A stretch of 64,000 bases of DNA from an uncultured Clostridia bacterium. Lineage in GTDB: Bacteria; Bacillota; Clostridia; TANB77; CAG-508. Under the pieces are notes generated by a model. The model was given only the letters and a program-made list of their open reading frames with translations, was not told the DNA's origin and did not search any database. Shown piece after piece: positions 9,753 through 21,337 of this stretch. The stretch covers positions 38,866 through 102,865 of the forward strand of contig CAKPDY010000001.1 of NCBI GenBank assembly GCA_934149165.1, written 5' to 3'. Every line of letters begins with the position of its first letter. Position 1 is the first letter of the stretch. The position numbers and the translations under genes were made by a program.

Positions 9753-12365
9753 CTAATTCAACTTTTCCTTCAACCTAACCAAAGTATTAAGTGCATCAAT
9801 TGGTGTAAGCGAATTAACATCAATCTTATCAAATTCACTAGCAACTTCTGCAAGCTTAAAATTAAACATATCAACTTGGCCAGCAACCACTTTCTTGTTT
9901 TCCTTTTCAATAACTTTATTATTTAAGATATTTTTTCTTTCCAAACCTTTTAAAATCTCATTTGCCTTTTTTGTAACATTTGTTGGAACTCCTGCTAATC
10001 TAGCAACATGTACACCATAACTTTCATCTGTTCCACCATTTACAATTTTTCTTAAGAAAACTATATCTTCCCCTTTTTCTTTTACTGCTATTGAATAATT
10101 TTTTACACCTTCAACTTTTTCTTCCAATTCAGTTAATTCATGATAATGTGTTGCAAATAAAGTTTTAGCACCACACTCTGTTTTATCTGCTATATATTCA
10201 GCAACTGCCCATGCTATTGAAAGTCCATCATATGTTGATGTTCCTCTTCCTATTTCATCTAAAATGACTAAACTATTTGCTGTAGCCTCTTTTAAAATTG
10301 TTGCAACTTCCATCATTTCAACCATAAATGTACTTTGCCCCATACTTAAATCATCTGATGCACCAACTCTTGTGAAAATTTTATCTACAACACCTATTTT
10401 AGCTGAACTTGCTGGTACATAACTACCTATTTGTGCCATTAGAGTTATTAATGCAACTTGTCTCATATATGTTGATTTACCAGCCATATTAGGTCCTGTA
10501 ATTATTGCTAATCTATTATCATTTTTATCTAAATATGTATCATTTGGGACAAATTCACCCGCTGAGCACATTTTTTCTATAACAGGATGACGTCCATCTT
10601 TTATATCTATTATTCCTGATTCATCAACCTCTGGTTTTACATAGTTCATATCTTCTGCAACAGTTGCAAATGATACCACAACATCTAATGTGGCAACAAT
10701 TGCTGATGTTTTTTGAATTCTTTGAATTTGATGTTCTATTTTTTCACGAATTTCTGTAAAAGCTTTATATTCTAAATTTATAACTTTTTCTTCAGCACCT
10801 AAAATTTGATTTTCCAAATTTTTAAGTTCTTCTGTTACATATCTTTCACAATTAGTTAAAGTTTGTTTTCTAATATATCTATCTGGAACCATTGATAAAT
10901 TTGATTTTGTAACTTCTATAAAATATCCAAATACTTTGTTAAAACCAACTTTTAAACCTTTTATTCCTGTTTCTTCTCTTTCTTTTGCCTCTAAATTTAC
11001 TATCCATGTTTTTCCTTCTGTTGTAGCCTTTTTTAGAGTATCTATTTCTTCATCATATCCTAATTTTATTATTCCACCTTCTTTTACACTAATTGGTGGT
11101 TCTTCAACAATTGAGTTTTCTATTAATTCATATATATCTTGTAATGTATCTAATTCGTCATATAAGTCTTTTAATAAAGGTGATTCTGCTTTTGCTAAAA
11201 TTTGTTTTATTTCTGGTAATTGTGCTACTGAATTTTTTAGTGAAATTAAATCTCTACCATTTGCATTTCCATAAGCTATTTTTCCTGCTAATCTTTCAAT
11301 ATCATATACTTTTTTTAAGCTTTCTGTTATATCTCCTCTTAAAATTAGACTGTTTTTTAATTCTTTTACAGAATCTAATCTTTTATTAATTTGCTTTACA
11401 TCTATTAATGGATCATTAATCCATCTTCTTAAAAGCCTTCCTCCCATTGATGTTGATGTTTTATCAAGCACCCATAAAAGAGTTCCTTTTTTAGATTTAT
11501 CGCGCATTTTTTCAGTAAGTTCTAGGTTTCTTCTTGCATTAATATCAAGTGCCATGTATTTTGTTATACTGTAAATTTTTATTGTATTTATATGATCTAA
11601 ATTTGTTTTTTGTGTTTCTGTTAGATATGTTAAAAGTGCATTTATTGCAGGAATTGAAAGTGAATTTTCATCTTCTTTTTTTATTTTATTTCCATTTTCA
11701 TCTAGAACATTATACATATTGAATAATAACTCTGTTTCATCAACAAAATTCTCATCTTTCTCCAAAGAAACATATACATTAAATCTATCTTTAATTTTCG
11801 AAATATCAGATTTAGACTCGAACATCATAGTATTTACAATTATTTCTGATGGAGTATATCTAGAAATTTCATCTAATAATTTAGAAAAATTGTTATTTTC
11901 TTTAATTTCTGTTGCATAAAAATCACCTGTAGAAACATCACAAATAGCAATTCCATAATAAATTCCAGTTTTATATATAGACATTATATAATTATTTTTC
12001 TTTTCCTCTAACAAATTAGACTCAATAACAGTTCCAGGAGTTACAACTCTTATAACTTCCCTTTTAACCATTCCTTTAGCTTCTTTTGGATCTTCCATTT
12101 GCTCACAAATAGCAACTTTATATCCTTTAGAAATAAGTCTAGCAATGTAATTTTCTGCCGCATGAAAAGGCACCCCAGCCATTGGAGCTCTTTGAGGTTG
12201 ACCACATTCCTTTCCTGTTAACGTAATTTCTAATTCTCTTGATACAGTAATTGCATCATCAAAAAACATTTCATAAAAATCGCCTAATCTATAAAATAAA
12301 ATACAATCACTATATTCCTTTTTTGTATCTAAATAATGCTGCATCATTGGTGAATATTCTGCCAT
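9753..12365 (-). CDS. mutS: DNA mismatch repair protein MutS
   Basis: 870-aa ORF. Motifs GPNMAGKSTYMRQ, DEIGRGTSTYDG and THYHEL. Confidence 0.95.
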   Translation of the reverse strand: MAEYSPMMQHYLDTKKEYSDCILFYRLGDFYEMFFDDAITVSRELEITLTGKECGQPQRAPMAGVPFHAAENYIARLISKGYKVAICEQMEDPKEAKGMVKREVIRVVTPGTVIESNLLEEKKNNYIMSIYKTGIYYGIAICDVSTGDFYATEIKENNNFSKLLDEISRYTPSEIIVNTMMFESKSDISKIKDRFNVYVSLEKDENFVDETELLFNMYNVLDENGNKIKKEDENSLSIPAINALLTYLTETQKTNLDHINTIKIYSITKYMALDINARRNLELTEKMRDKSKKGTLLWVLDKTSTSMGGRLLRRWINDPLIDVKQINKRLDSVKELKNSLILRGDITESLKKVYDIERLAGKIAYGNANGRDLISLKNSVAQLPEIKQILAKAESPLLKDLYDELDTLQDIYELIENSIVEEPPISVKEGGIIKLGYDEEIDTLKKATTEGKTWIVNLEAKEREETGIKGLKVGFNKVFGYFIEVTKSNLSMVPDRYIRKQTLTNCERYVTEELKNLENQILGAEEKVINLEYKAFTEIREKIEHQIQRIQKTSAIVATLDVVVSFATVAEDMNYVKPEVDESGIIDIKDGRHPVIEKMCSAGEFVPNDTYLDKNDNRLAIITGPNMAGKSTYMRQVALITLMAQIGSYVPASSAKIGVVDKIFTRVGASDDLSMGQSTFMVEMMEVATILKEATANSLVILDEIGRGTSTYDGLSIAWAVAEYIADKTECGAKTLFATHYHELTELEEKVEGVKNYSIAVKEKGEDIVFLRKIVNGGTDESYGVHVARLAGVPTNVTKKANEILKGLERKNILNNKVIEKENKKVVAGQVDMFNFKLAEVASEFDKIDVNSLTPIDALNTLVRLKEKLN

Positions 12366-12390
12366 TTATAATTACCTCCTATATGTTTTT

Positions 12391-13785
12391 TTACACAATC
12401 TTCCCTTTTAAATACCACATATGTTCTGAAACAATTTTTAATTCTACAATATTTCCAATTAAATCTTTGCTTCCCTCAAAATTAACTACTTTATTACTAT
12501 CAGTTCTACCAGTTAAAACATCTTGGTTAGTTTTACTACATCCCTCAACCAATACTTTTTGAACTGTTCCTATATATTTCTGATTATTTTCTTGAATTTG
12601 ACTTTCAACTAAAGCTTTTAGCTTATCAAACCTTTTATGCTTAATTTCATCTGGAACTTGATTTTCCATTCTATCTCCTGGTGTTCCAACTCTTCTTGAA
12701 TATATGAACATATACACCTGTTCAAAATGAATTTGTTTTACAACATCTAAAGTATCTTCAAAATCTTCCTCAGTTTCGCCTGGGAAACCTACTATAATAT
12801 CTGTTGAAAATACTATTTCAGGTATTATTTCTTTCATTTTTTTAGCAAGTTTTACATATTGCTCTTTAGTATATTTTCTATTCATAGCCTTAAGCACTTT
12901 AGTACTTCCAGATTGAAGAGGTAAATGTATTATTTTGCACACTTTATCACAATCTCTAATTGCTTCAATTACATCATCTGTAAAATCCTTTGGATGTGGT
13001 GAAACAAAACGAATTCTTTCTATTCCCTGAATTTTATTTACTTCTCTTAATAAATCAGCAAAACTCTTTACATCACTTTCAAAATCTACATTTCCACTTT
13101 TCAAATATGAATTAACATTTTGTCCAAGCAGTGTAATTTCTTTATAACCTTGTTTTGCAAGTGATTTAATTTCATTTAAAATATCTTCTGGATTTCTACT
13201 TCTCTCACGTCCACGAACATATGGAACTATACAATAACTACAAAAATTATTACATCCATTCATTATAGTTACAGAAGCCTTAATATTATCATTTCTGCTA
13301 ATAGGCAAACCTTCAATTACTTCCCCATCTATATCCAAAACATCTTCAATTCTTTTATTCTCAAAGATTTTAGTATATAAATCTTTTGGAAATTGATGTA
13401 ATGTATGAGTTCCAAAAACAATGTCGAAAAAAGGATAGCTTTGTTTTAATTTATCCACTATATGTTTCTCTTGCATCATACAACCACCTATAGCTATAAT
13501 TGTACCACGTTTTTCTTTTACTTTCTTAACCTCACCAAGTTTTCCAAACAACCTATCTTCAGCATTTTCTCTAACACAACATGTATTAAAAACCACTAAA
13601 TCAGACTCTTCTAGCTTATCTGTTTTATCATAACCCATCTCTTCTATCATACCACATAATTTCTCAGAATCGTTTTCATTTAGTTGGCACCCCATTGTTA
13701 AAATTAGATATTTTAAATTTTTTCCTTCATTAATTTTTTTTACTTTTTGTATATATTCCAATTCTTGTTTTATATCTAAACTCAC
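12391..13785 (-). CDS. miaB: tRNA (i6A37) methylthiotransferase MiaB
   Basis: 464-aa ORF. UPF0004 N-domain cysteines, radical-SAM CNNFCSYC, and a TRAM C-terminus. Confidence 0.9.
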   Translation of the reverse strand: MSLDIKQELEYIQKVKKINEGKNLKYLILTMGCQLNENDSEKLCGMIEEMGYDKTDKLEESDLVVFNTCCVRENAEDRLFGKLGEVKKVKEKRGTIIAIGGCMMQEKHIVDKLKQSYPFFDIVFGTHTLHQFPKDLYTKIFENKRIEDVLDIDGEVIEGLPISRNDNIKASVTIMNGCNNFCSYCIVPYVRGRERSRNPEDILNEIKSLAKQGYKEITLLGQNVNSYLKSGNVDFESDVKSFADLLREVNKIQGIERIRFVSPHPKDFTDDVIEAIRDCDKVCKIIHLPLQSGSTKVLKAMNRKYTKEQYVKLAKKMKEIIPEIVFSTDIIVGFPGETEEDFEDTLDVVKQIHFEQVYMFIYSRRVGTPGDRMENQVPDEIKHKRFDKLKALVESQIQENNQKYIGTVQKVLVEGCSKTNQDVLTGRTDSNKVVNFEGSKDLIGNIVELKIVSEHMWYLKGKIV

Positions 13786-13870
13786 TTTTATTTCTCCTTA
13801 CATATTTTTACTTTCATTTACATATTTTACTATATTTGTAGCTTTTTTTCAAGAGATTTTTAATTAGGTT

Positions 13871-15682
13871 CTAATCTTCATCTAACTTTAACACACTCAA
13901 AAAAGCCTCCTGTGGAATCTCCACATTACCAATCTCTCTCATCTTTTTCTTACCACGTTTTTGCTTTTCCAACAACTTCTTCTTTCTAGTAATATCTCCA
14001 CCATAACACTTAGCCAAAACATCTTTTCTCATTGCAGAAATAGTTTCTCTTGCTATAATCTTTCCTCCAATAGCCGCCTGAATTGGTATAACAAATAAAT
14101 GTCTTGGAATAACAGTTTTCAATTTTTCAACCATTTTCTTTCCTCTTTCATAACTATTATCTTTATGAACTATAAATGATAACGCATCTACATTTTCTCC
14201 ATTTATTAATATATCCAATTTTGTTAAATCAGATCTTCTATACTCCTTAAACTCATAATCAAATGATGCATATCCTTTTGTTTTTGATTTCAAGCTATCA
14301 AAAAAATCATATATAATTTCATTTAATGGTAATTCATAAACAAGTGTAACTCTATTTGCATCAAGATATTTCATATCCTTATATATACCTCTTCTATTTT
14401 GGCAAATTTCCATAATACCACCAACATACTCTTTAGGAGTAATTATTTCTGCAGATACAAATGGCTCTTCCATATATGAAATATCTGTTGCTGGAGGTAA
14501 TTCTGATGGATTATATAACTCAATTACTTCTCCATTTGTTTTATGTACTTTATATATAACTGATGGAGATGTTGTAATTAAGCCTAAATCAAACTCCCTA
14601 TCTAATCTTTCTTGAATAATTTCTAAATGAAGTAGCCCCAAAAATCCACATCTAAATCCAAAACCTAATGCTGCAGACGTTTCCTGTTCATATTCTAATG
14701 CCGCATCATTTAATTTTAATTTTTCTAATGCAACCTTTAAATTTTCATAATCACTACCATCCATTGGATATAAACCACAATACACCATTGGATTTACCTT
14801 TTTATAACCTGGAAGTGGCTCAGATGCTGGCTTTTCCTTTAATGTTATTGTATCACCTACTCTTATATCTGATAATGTTTTTATACTTGCTGCTATATAA
14901 CCAACTTCACCTGCCTCTAACTTATTAGTTGGAACATAAGTACCAGGTTCAAAATAACCTAATTCTGTAACTGTAAATGTTTTATTTACTGCCATAAGTA
15001 AAATTTCATCTCCAACTTTAACAGTTCCATCTTTTACCCTTACATATGCAAGTGCACCTTTGTAATTATCGTATATTGAATCAAATATTAAACACTTTAA
15101 ATTAGCATTTTCATCTCCTTTTGGAGCTGGTATATCTGTTACAATTCTTTCCAAAATTTTATCAACATTTAAACCTGTTTTAGCAGATATACAAGGCGCA
15201 TCTTGTGCTGGAATTCCTATTATATCTTCAATTTCATTTTTTATTTCATCAGGTCTTGCACTTGGTAAATCTATTTTATTTAAAACTGGTAATATCTCCA
15301 AATTATTATCTAATGCTAAGTACACATTTGCAAGTGTTTGTGCTTCAACACCTTGACTTGAATCCACAACTAAAATAGCACCATCACATGCAGCCAAACT
15401 TCTTGATACTTCATAATTAAAATCAACATGACCAGGTGTATCTATTAAATTAAATTCATATTCTTTTCCATCTTTTGCCTTATACAACATTCTAACAGCT
15501 TGAGATTTAATTGTAATTCCTCTTTCACGTTCTATATCCATATTATCTAAAACTTGACTTTCCATTTCTCTTTTAGAAAGAACACCTGTCATTTCAATTA
15601 ATCTATCTGCCAATGTAGATTTTCCATGATCTATATGAGCTATAATACTAAAATTTCTTATATATTGTTTTCTATTTTCCAT
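13871..15682 (-). CDS. lepA: translation elongation factor 4 (LepA)
   Basis: 603-aa ORF. GTPase motifs [19 protein letters not shown] and NKID, plus a LepA C-terminal domain. Confidence 0.95.
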   Translation of the reverse strand: MENRKQYIRNFSIIAHIDHGKSTLADRLIEMTGVLSKREMESQVLDNMDIERERGITIKSQAVRMLYKAKDGKEYEFNLIDTPGHVDFNYEVSRSLAACDGAILVVDSSQGVEAQTLANVYLALDNNLEILPVLNKIDLPSARPDEIKNEIEDIIGIPAQDAPCISAKTGLNVDKILERIVTDIPAPKGDENANLKCLIFDSIYDNYKGALAYVRVKDGTVKVGDEILLMAVNKTFTVTELGYFEPGTYVPTNKLEAGEVGYIAASIKTLSDIRVGDTITLKEKPASEPLPGYKKVNPMVYCGLYPMDGSDYENLKVALEKLKLNDAALEYEQETSAALGFGFRCGFLGLLHLEIIQERLDREFDLGLITTSPSVIYKVHKTNGEVIELYNPSELPPATDISYMEEPFVSAEIITPKEYVGGIMEICQNRRGIYKDMKYLDANRVTLVYELPLNEIIYDFFDSLKSKTKGYASFDYEFKEYRRSDLTKLDILINGENVDALSFIVHKDNSYERGKKMVEKLKTVIPRHLFVIPIQAAIGGKIIARETISAMRKDVLAKCYGGDITRKKKLLEKQKRGKKKMREIGNVEIPQEAFLSVLKLDED

Positions 15683-15857
15683 TTATTTCCTCCCAATAAG
15701 AAGTTTAAGGAGCTTATTCATCCTTAATTTCATCTTATTTTAGCATATTATCGGCATTTAATCAACAATGGCATAGCCAAAATATACTAAAATTCATCAA
15801 TATATATTTACAAAATTTTTTTAATAATATAAAATAGTAACAAAATAAAGTAAAAAG

Positions 15858-16325
15858 GTGAAAATAATGTACAAATTTATCTCAAAAAATGAAAATAGTA
15901 CTATAACATTAGCCTATAATTTAGCAAAAAACTTAAAAAACGGTGATATTATAGTCTTATCTGGAGATTTAGGCTCTGGAAAAACAAAATTTACACAAGG
16001 AATTTTAAAATACTTTGGGTTAGAAAATGAAATATCAAGTCCAACATTCACAATTGTTAATGAATACCATAAAAACAACACGAACATATATCACTTTGAT
16101 GTTTACAGACTATCAGATAGTGATGAATTCTATGCAATTGGTGGTGAAGAATATTTTAATAATGGAATTTGTATTATTGAATGGGGCGAAATTATTGAAG
16201 ATATTTTGCCAAATGATTATATAAAAATTTCATTTTCTAAAGATACTACCAATGAAAACTACCGCATCTTAGAAATTAATGCTTTTGGAGAAAGATTAAA
16301 TAATATTATAAATGAATTAAATTAA
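15858..16325 (+). CDS. tsaE: tRNA t6A37 biosynthesis ATPase TsaE
   Basis: 155-aa ORF with GDLGSGKT and the HFDVYRL motif. The true start is more likely the ATG at 15867, after AAGGTG. Confidence 0.85.
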   Translation: MKIMYKFISKNENSTITLAYNLAKNLKNGDIIVLSGDLGSGKTKFTQGILKYFGLENEISSPTFTIVNEYHKNNTNIYHFDVYRLSDSDEFYAIGGEEYFNNGICIIEWGEIIEDILPNDYIKISFSKDTTNENYRILEINAFGERLNNIINELN

Positions 16326-16430
16326 TAATAATAAAACAAAATATAAAATAACAGTTCACAATCCTAAAAACAGCACACAAAATAAATATTACGAATTGTA
16401 ACAATTTTAAAATATAAAGGAGGAAAAATT

Positions 16431-17138
16431 TTGAAAATTCTAGCAATAGATACATCTTCTAAAATTTGTTCTGTATCAATTTTAGAAGACAATACACTTA
16501 TAATAGAAAAACATAATAATGACGAAAAAACACATTCACAAAAACTTTTACCATTAATAGATTTGACTTTAAAGGAAGCAAATTTAACACTAAGCGATAT
16601 TAACTTATTAGCTTGTTGTCAAGGTCCTGGTTCTTTCACAGGAATTAGAATTGGAATATCTACAGTAAAAGCATTTGCAGATGTTAAACAAATTCCAATT
16701 ATAGGAGTTACATCTTTAGAATCACTTGCCTATAACATTAAAGAAAATTCTTTAATAGCAACTATTATAGATGCAAAAAACGAAAATGTTTATTTTTCAA
16801 TGTTCGAACTAGTTAATAATTCATATACTCAAATAATAGAACCTATATCAGACAACATTCACAATGTTATAAATAAAATAAACTCATTATCTATTTCAAA
16901 TAATTCTAAAAAATTAATCTTAGTTGGTGACGGTTCTGTTATACACAAACAACTTTTAGAAAACAATATTTTAAATATCAACTTTGCTACAAACAAAGAA
17001 AATGAACAAACTAGTATAAGCATAGGATTATCTGCTTTTGACAAATATAATTCTAACTCATATACACCACAATATTCTATTTCACCTATTTATTTAAAAA
17101 AATCACAAGCTGAACGTTCTCTAAATGGTGAAAAATAA
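16431..17138 (+). CDS. tsaB: tRNA t6A37 biosynthesis protein TsaB
   Basis: 235-aa ORF with a TTG start after AAGGAGG. N-terminus ILAIDTSS...GPGSFTGIRIG is typical of TsaB. Confidence 0.85.
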   Translation: MKILAIDTSSKICSVSILEDNTLIIEKHNNDEKTHSQKLLPLIDLTLKEANLTLSDINLLACCQGPGSFTGIRIGISTVKAFADVKQIPIIGVTSLESLAYNIKENSLIATIIDAKNENVYFSMFELVNNSYTQIIEPISDNIHNVINKINSLSISNNSKKLILVGDGSVIHKQLLENNILNINFATNKENEQTSISIGLSAFDKYNSNSYTPQYSISPIYLKKSQAERSLNGEK

Positions 17139-17164
17139 TAATTATTAGATTAAAGGAGTACTAA

Positions 17165-17629
17165 ATGAGTTATAATAACATAGAAGTATGCAAAATGACT
17201 ATATCTGATTTTAATAATATACACAATACTTTATCATCTGATTTTGATGACTTTTGGAACAGCTCTACACTTAAAAATGAACTTGAAAGTGAAAATTCAT
17301 ATTATATTGTTGCAAAAATTCCTATTAATACCACTACCAGTGAAATTGTTGGATTTGCTGGTATGAAAATTGTATTAGATGAAGCAGACATTATGAATAT
17401 TGTAACAAAAAAAAATAAAAGAAATATTGGAATTGGAAAATTAATGTTAGAAAAGTTAATTTACATAGCAAAAGAAAAAAATATAAAAAAAATAACACTT
17501 GAAGTTAACTCTAAAAATGAAAGTGCTATACATTTATATAAAAAATTAAATTTTAAAGAAATTGCTGTTAGAAAACAGTATTATAAAAATGTTGATGATG
17601 CAATTATTATGCAATTAAACATTTTTTAA
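17165..17629 (+). CDS. rimI: GNAT acetyltransferase, RimI-like (ribosomal-protein-alanine N-acetyltransferase)
   Basis: 154-aa ORF. GNAT core RNIGIGKLMLEKL. Its position after tsaE-tsaB is typical of rimI. Confidence 0.75.
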   Translation: MSYNNIEVCKMTISDFNNIHNTLSSDFDDFWNSSTLKNELESENSYYIVAKIPINTTTSEIVGFAGMKIVLDEADIMNIVTKKNKRNIGIGKLMLEKLIYIAKEKNIKKITLEVNSKNESAIHLYKKLNFKEIAVRKQYYKNVDDAIIMQLNIF

Positions 17630-17646
17630 ATTAAAAGGAGGAACAA

Positions 17647-20034
17647 ATGAAAAAAAGTAATGAATTATCTTATAAAGATTTAAAAATGATATGTAATCCA
17701 GATTTATTTCAATTTGAAACAACAAACGATTTAGAACCTATAAACACTGGAATTGGTCAAGACCGTGGTATTAAAGCTTTAGAATTTGGTATTAATGTTG
17801 ATATAAAAGGATATAACTTATATTTAGAAGGACCTAGTGGTGTTGGTAAAACAATGTATACAAAAAATTATCTTAATAAAATTTGTAAAAAGAAAAAAAC
17901 ACCTAATGATTGGTGTTATATTTACAATTTTGATGACCCAAATGAACCTATTGCTGTTTCTTTATCAGCAGGACAAGGTAAAGAGTTCAAAGATACAATG
18001 GATTCTTTTATTAAAGATATTCAAGTTGATATAAAAAATACTTTTAATAACGATGATTTTGAAAAAGAAAAGGCTTTAATAAAAAGTGAATATGAAGAAA
18101 AAAGAAATACTCTTATGGAAAAATTAAATAAAAAATCTGAAAAATATGGTTTCCAAGTAAAATCCGCTCAAAATGGTATTTACATGATGCCAATATTAGA
18201 TGGAAAAACTATTGAACAAGAAGATTTTGAAAAATTAGATGATTCATTAAAACAAGAATTTGAAGCTAAATCTATAATAGTTCAAGAACATATTATTCAG
18301 GCAATTGGAGAAATTAAAGAAATTGAAAAACAAACTGAAAAAAAATTAGAAGAATGGCAATCTAATATAGCTTTACTTACTGTAAATGGACATATTAATT
18401 ATATAAAATCAAAATTTAAAAGAAATAAAAAAATAACTAAATTTTTAGATAGTATAAAAAAAGATATCTTAAAAAATGTAAATTATTTTTTATTGGATCC
18501 TACACAAGAACAACAGCAACAACCAGTTGGACCTAGAATAGAATCACCAAAACCATGGCTTAATTATAGAGTTAATTTATTTGTTGATAATAGCAACCAA
18601 GAAGGTGCACCAGTTATAATGGATTCCAACTATTCTTACCACAATATTTTTGGAAAATTAGAATATGAAAATTATTATGGAGCTTTAAAAACTGACTACA
18701 CCATGTTAAAACCTGGTTTATTGCATGAAGCAAATGGTGGTTATATAATATTCCAAGCAAAAGATTTAGTTGCAAATGGAATTTGTTATGAAGCTTTAAA
18801 AAAAGCTTTGCGTATGAAAGAATTATTAATAGAAAATACAGCTGATCAACGTTCAAGTATGGTTATGGTTTCATTAAAACCTGAGCCTATTCCACTTGAT
18901 TTAAAAGTAATCTTAGTTGGTAATGAACAAATTTATCAAACTTTACTTGCTTTAGATGAAGATTTTAGAAAATTATTTAAAATAAAGGTAGAATTTGAAG
19001 ATACATCTGAAAATAATTTGGATAATATGATAAAAATTGCAAGATTTATTCGTGGTTTTTGTGAGCAAGAAGAATTACCACCTTTAGATAAAACAGCAGT
19101 TGCAAAAGTTATGGAATACTCTTCTAGATTAGCTGATGACAAAGAAAAACTATCTACTCGCTTTAATGATTTAGCACAAATTATTGGAGAAGCTGCTACT
19201 TGGGCAAAAATGGCAAAAGCCAAAATAGTTACTGGCGATTTTGTAGATAAAGCCTTAGCAGAAAGAATTGACAGGGTAAAAAAATATGATTCAAGATACT
19301 TAGAAATGATTAAAGAAAATACACTTTTAATTAGTACATCTGGCTCTCAAATTGGTCAAATAAATGGTTTAACTATTATGAGTATTGGTGACTACTGTTT
19401 TGGTAAACCAGCCAAAATAACAGCTAACACTTATACAGGAAAATCTGGAATTATAAATATTGAACGTGAAGTTGAACTTTCTGGTTCTACACATTCTAAA
19501 GGTGTATACATTTTAAGCGGATATTTAGGAGAAATGTTTGCACAAGATATACCACTTTCTTTAACTGCTAGCATTTGTTTTGAACAATTATACAATGGTG
19601 TTGATGGTGATAGTGCTTCAAGTACAGAATTATATGCCATACTTTCTAGTCTATCTGGAGTTCCTATTAATCAATCTCTAGCAGTCACTGGTTCTGTAAA
19701 TCAAAAAGGTGAAATCCAACCTATTGGTGGAGTTAATGAAAAAATTGAAGGCTTTTTCCAAATATGCAAAATACGTGGATTAAATGGTTCACATGGTGTT
19801 ATTATTCCTATTCAAAACACAAAAAACTTAAATTTATCTGACGAAGTTATTCAGGCAGTTATTGATAAGAAATTTCATATTTATGCTATTTCTACTATAG
19901 ACGAAGGAATAGAAATTCTAACTGGAGTCCCTGCTGGCAAAAAGGATTCAAATGGTAAATTTCCTGCTGGTTCTATTAATTATTTGGCTTATGAAAAACT
20001 AAAAAAATATGCAAAAATTAGTAAAGAAATTTAA
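17647..20034 (+). CDS. Lon-family ATP-dependent protease (LonB/LonC-like; AAA+ plus S16 peptidase)
   Basis: 795-aa ORF. Walker A GPSGVGKT. C-terminal Lon protease region VDGDSASSTELYAILSSL...IGGVNEKIEGFF. Confidence 0.8.
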   Translation: MKKSNELSYKDLKMICNPDLFQFETTNDLEPINTGIGQDRGIKALEFGINVDIKGYNLYLEGPSGVGKTMYTKNYLNKICKKKKTPNDWCYIYNFDDPNEPIAVSLSAGQGKEFKDTMDSFIKDIQVDIKNTFNNDDFEKEKALIKSEYEEKRNTLMEKLNKKSEKYGFQVKSAQNGIYMMPILDGKTIEQEDFEKLDDSLKQEFEAKSIIVQEHIIQAIGEIKEIEKQTEKKLEEWQSNIALLTVNGHINYIKSKFKRNKKITKFLDSIKKDILKNVNYFLLDPTQEQQQQPVGPRIESPKPWLNYRVNLFVDNSNQEGAPVIMDSNYSYHNIFGKLEYENYYGALKTDYTMLKPGLLHEANGGYIIFQAKDLVANGICYEALKKALRMKELLIENTADQRSSMVMVSLKPEPIPLDLKVILVGNEQIYQTLLALDEDFRKLFKIKVEFEDTSENNLDNMIKIARFIRGFCEQEELPPLDKTAVAKVMEYSSRLADDKEKLSTRFNDLAQIIGEAATWAKMAKAKIVTGDFVDKALAERIDRVKKYDSRYLEMIKENTLLISTSGSQIGQINGLTIMSIGDYCFGKPAKITANTYTGKSGIINIEREVELSGSTHSKGVYILSGYLGEMFAQDIPLSLTASICFEQLYNGVDGDSASSTELYAILSSLSGVPINQSLAVTGSVNQKGEIQPIGGVNEKIEGFFQICKIRGLNGSHGVIIPIQNTKNLNLSDEVIQAVIDKKFHIYAISTIDEGIEILTGVPAGKKDSNGKFPAGSINYLAYEKLKKYAKISKEI

Positions 20035-20040
20035 TACCTA

Positions 20041-20086
20041 AAAAAAACCAAATTTTAATTGTTAGAAATTAAAATTTGGTTTTTTA
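20041..20086. terminator. bidirectional rho-independent terminator
   Basis: About 18-bp stem aaaaaccaaattttaatt / aattaaaatttggttttt between convergent genes, with A/T runs on both sides. Confidence 0.6.
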
Positions 20087-20109
20087 ATAATTTTTATGCA
20101 TTATAATTA

Positions 20110-20595
20110 TTACATATCATCATCATCATCGTCATCGTCATCATTGTTATTTTCATTAAAGTCTAAATCCTTACAATGTGAACCACAAGAAGAACAACTA
20201 CCTGAACATTGTGAGTCATCTTCATTCCAATCTAATTCAATAGTATTGCTACATTCTGGACATTTAATACTTGACTTTGATTCTATATCTGCTGTAAATA
20301 TATTATTACAATATGGACATACAATTTCAAAATCATATTCATCTTCATAAATATCACTTTCAATATCAGATATTGAACTTTGAATTTTGCTTACTTTACT
20401 TTCTATTGAATTTTGAACTTTTTCTATATTATCTATTTTATTTAGTATAATATCTTTCATACTATCTATTACATCCATATATATAATTGATATTTCTGCA
20501 ATCTTTTTATTAATATAATCTAGTTCTTTTTCATCCGAAATATTATTTTGTATATCTTTAATAATATCTTGAAATTTATTAGTTAAATCTGACAT
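20110..20595 (-). CDS. zinc-ribbon protein with coiled N-terminal half and poly-Asp tail, function unknown
   Basis: 161-aa ORF. Motifs CPYC...CPEC, then CSGSCSSCGSHC, ending in DDDDDDDDDM. Conserved position upstream of efp. Confidence 0.6.
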   Translation of the reverse strand: MSDLTNKFQDIIKDIQNNISDEKELDYINKKIAEISIIYMDVIDSMKDIILNKIDNIEKVQNSIESKVSKIQSSISDIESDIYEDEYDFEIVCPYCNNIFTADIESKSSIKCPECSNTIELDWNEDDSQCSGSCSSCGSHCKDLDFNENNNDDDDDDDDDM

Positions 20596-20613
20596 AAACT
20601 CACATTATCCTTT

Positions 20614-21183
20614 CTAATTTACTCTTTCCATATATTCGCCTGTTCTTGTATCTATTTTTACAATATCTCCAATATTAACAAATAATGGTACTAAAATTTC
20701 AAATCCATTTTCTAATTTAGCTGGTTTTCCTGATGTTGTTGTAGTATTTCCAGCAAATCCAGGTTCTGTGTATGTTACTTCCAATTCTACAAACATTGGA
20801 GGCTCAACAGCAAATACATTACCTTTAAATGATAATATTTTTACATTCATATTTTCTTTCATGTATTTTAAAGCATCTCCTAATTGTTCTTTATTTAAAG
20901 GCATTTGTTCATAAGTTTCATTATCCATAAAATAATATAAATTTTCATCATTATATAAATATTGCATTTCTCTTTTTTCTATTTCAGCTCCTGGATATTT
21001 TTCTGATGGGTTAAAAGTTTTTTCTAATACTGCACCACTTATAACATTTTTTAATTTTGTTCTAACAAAAGCTGCTCCTTTACCTGGTTTTACATGTTGA
21101 AATTCTACAACTTTGAATACATTTCCATCCATTTCAAATGTTGTACCATTTCTAAAATCTCCTGCCATATATACTTCTGCCAT
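20614..21183 (-). CDS. efp: translation elongation factor P
   Basis: 189-aa [24 protein letters not shown] is the EF-P signature. Confidence 0.95.
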   Translation of the reverse strand: MAEVYMAGDFRNGTTFEMDGNVFKVVEFQHVKPGKGAAFVRTKLKNVISGAVLEKTFNPSEKYPGAEIEKREMQYLYNDENLYYFMDNETYEQMPLNKEQLGDALKYMKENMNVKILSFKGNVFAVEPPMFVELEVTYTEPGFAGNTTTTSGKPAKLENGFEILVPLFVNIGDIVKIDTRTGEYMERVN

Positions 21184-21279
21184 TTTTTATTTCTCCTTTC
21201 AAACTTTTCATATTGTTATATAATACACCATTTTTGCTTAAAAATCAATAGTTAAACAACATAATTTGTAAATATAATT

Positions 21280-21322
21280 AAAAAGAAACATGAAATACAA
21301 TAAATTTCATGCATCTTTTTTT
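21280..21322 (-). terminator. rho-independent terminator downstream of pyk
   Basis: Stem catgaaat / atttcatg flanked by A- and T-runs. Confidence 0.45.
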
Positions 21323-21337
21323 ATAAATTATAAAAAA

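Noticed and set aside
17647-20034. Lon-like protease as a defence-system component (BrxL-like)
   Set aside because: It sits in a housekeeping context (tsaE-tsaB-rimI upstream, efp downstream) with no methyltransferase, PglZ or other BREX-type partners. It is more consistent with a LonB/LonC-type cellular protease.
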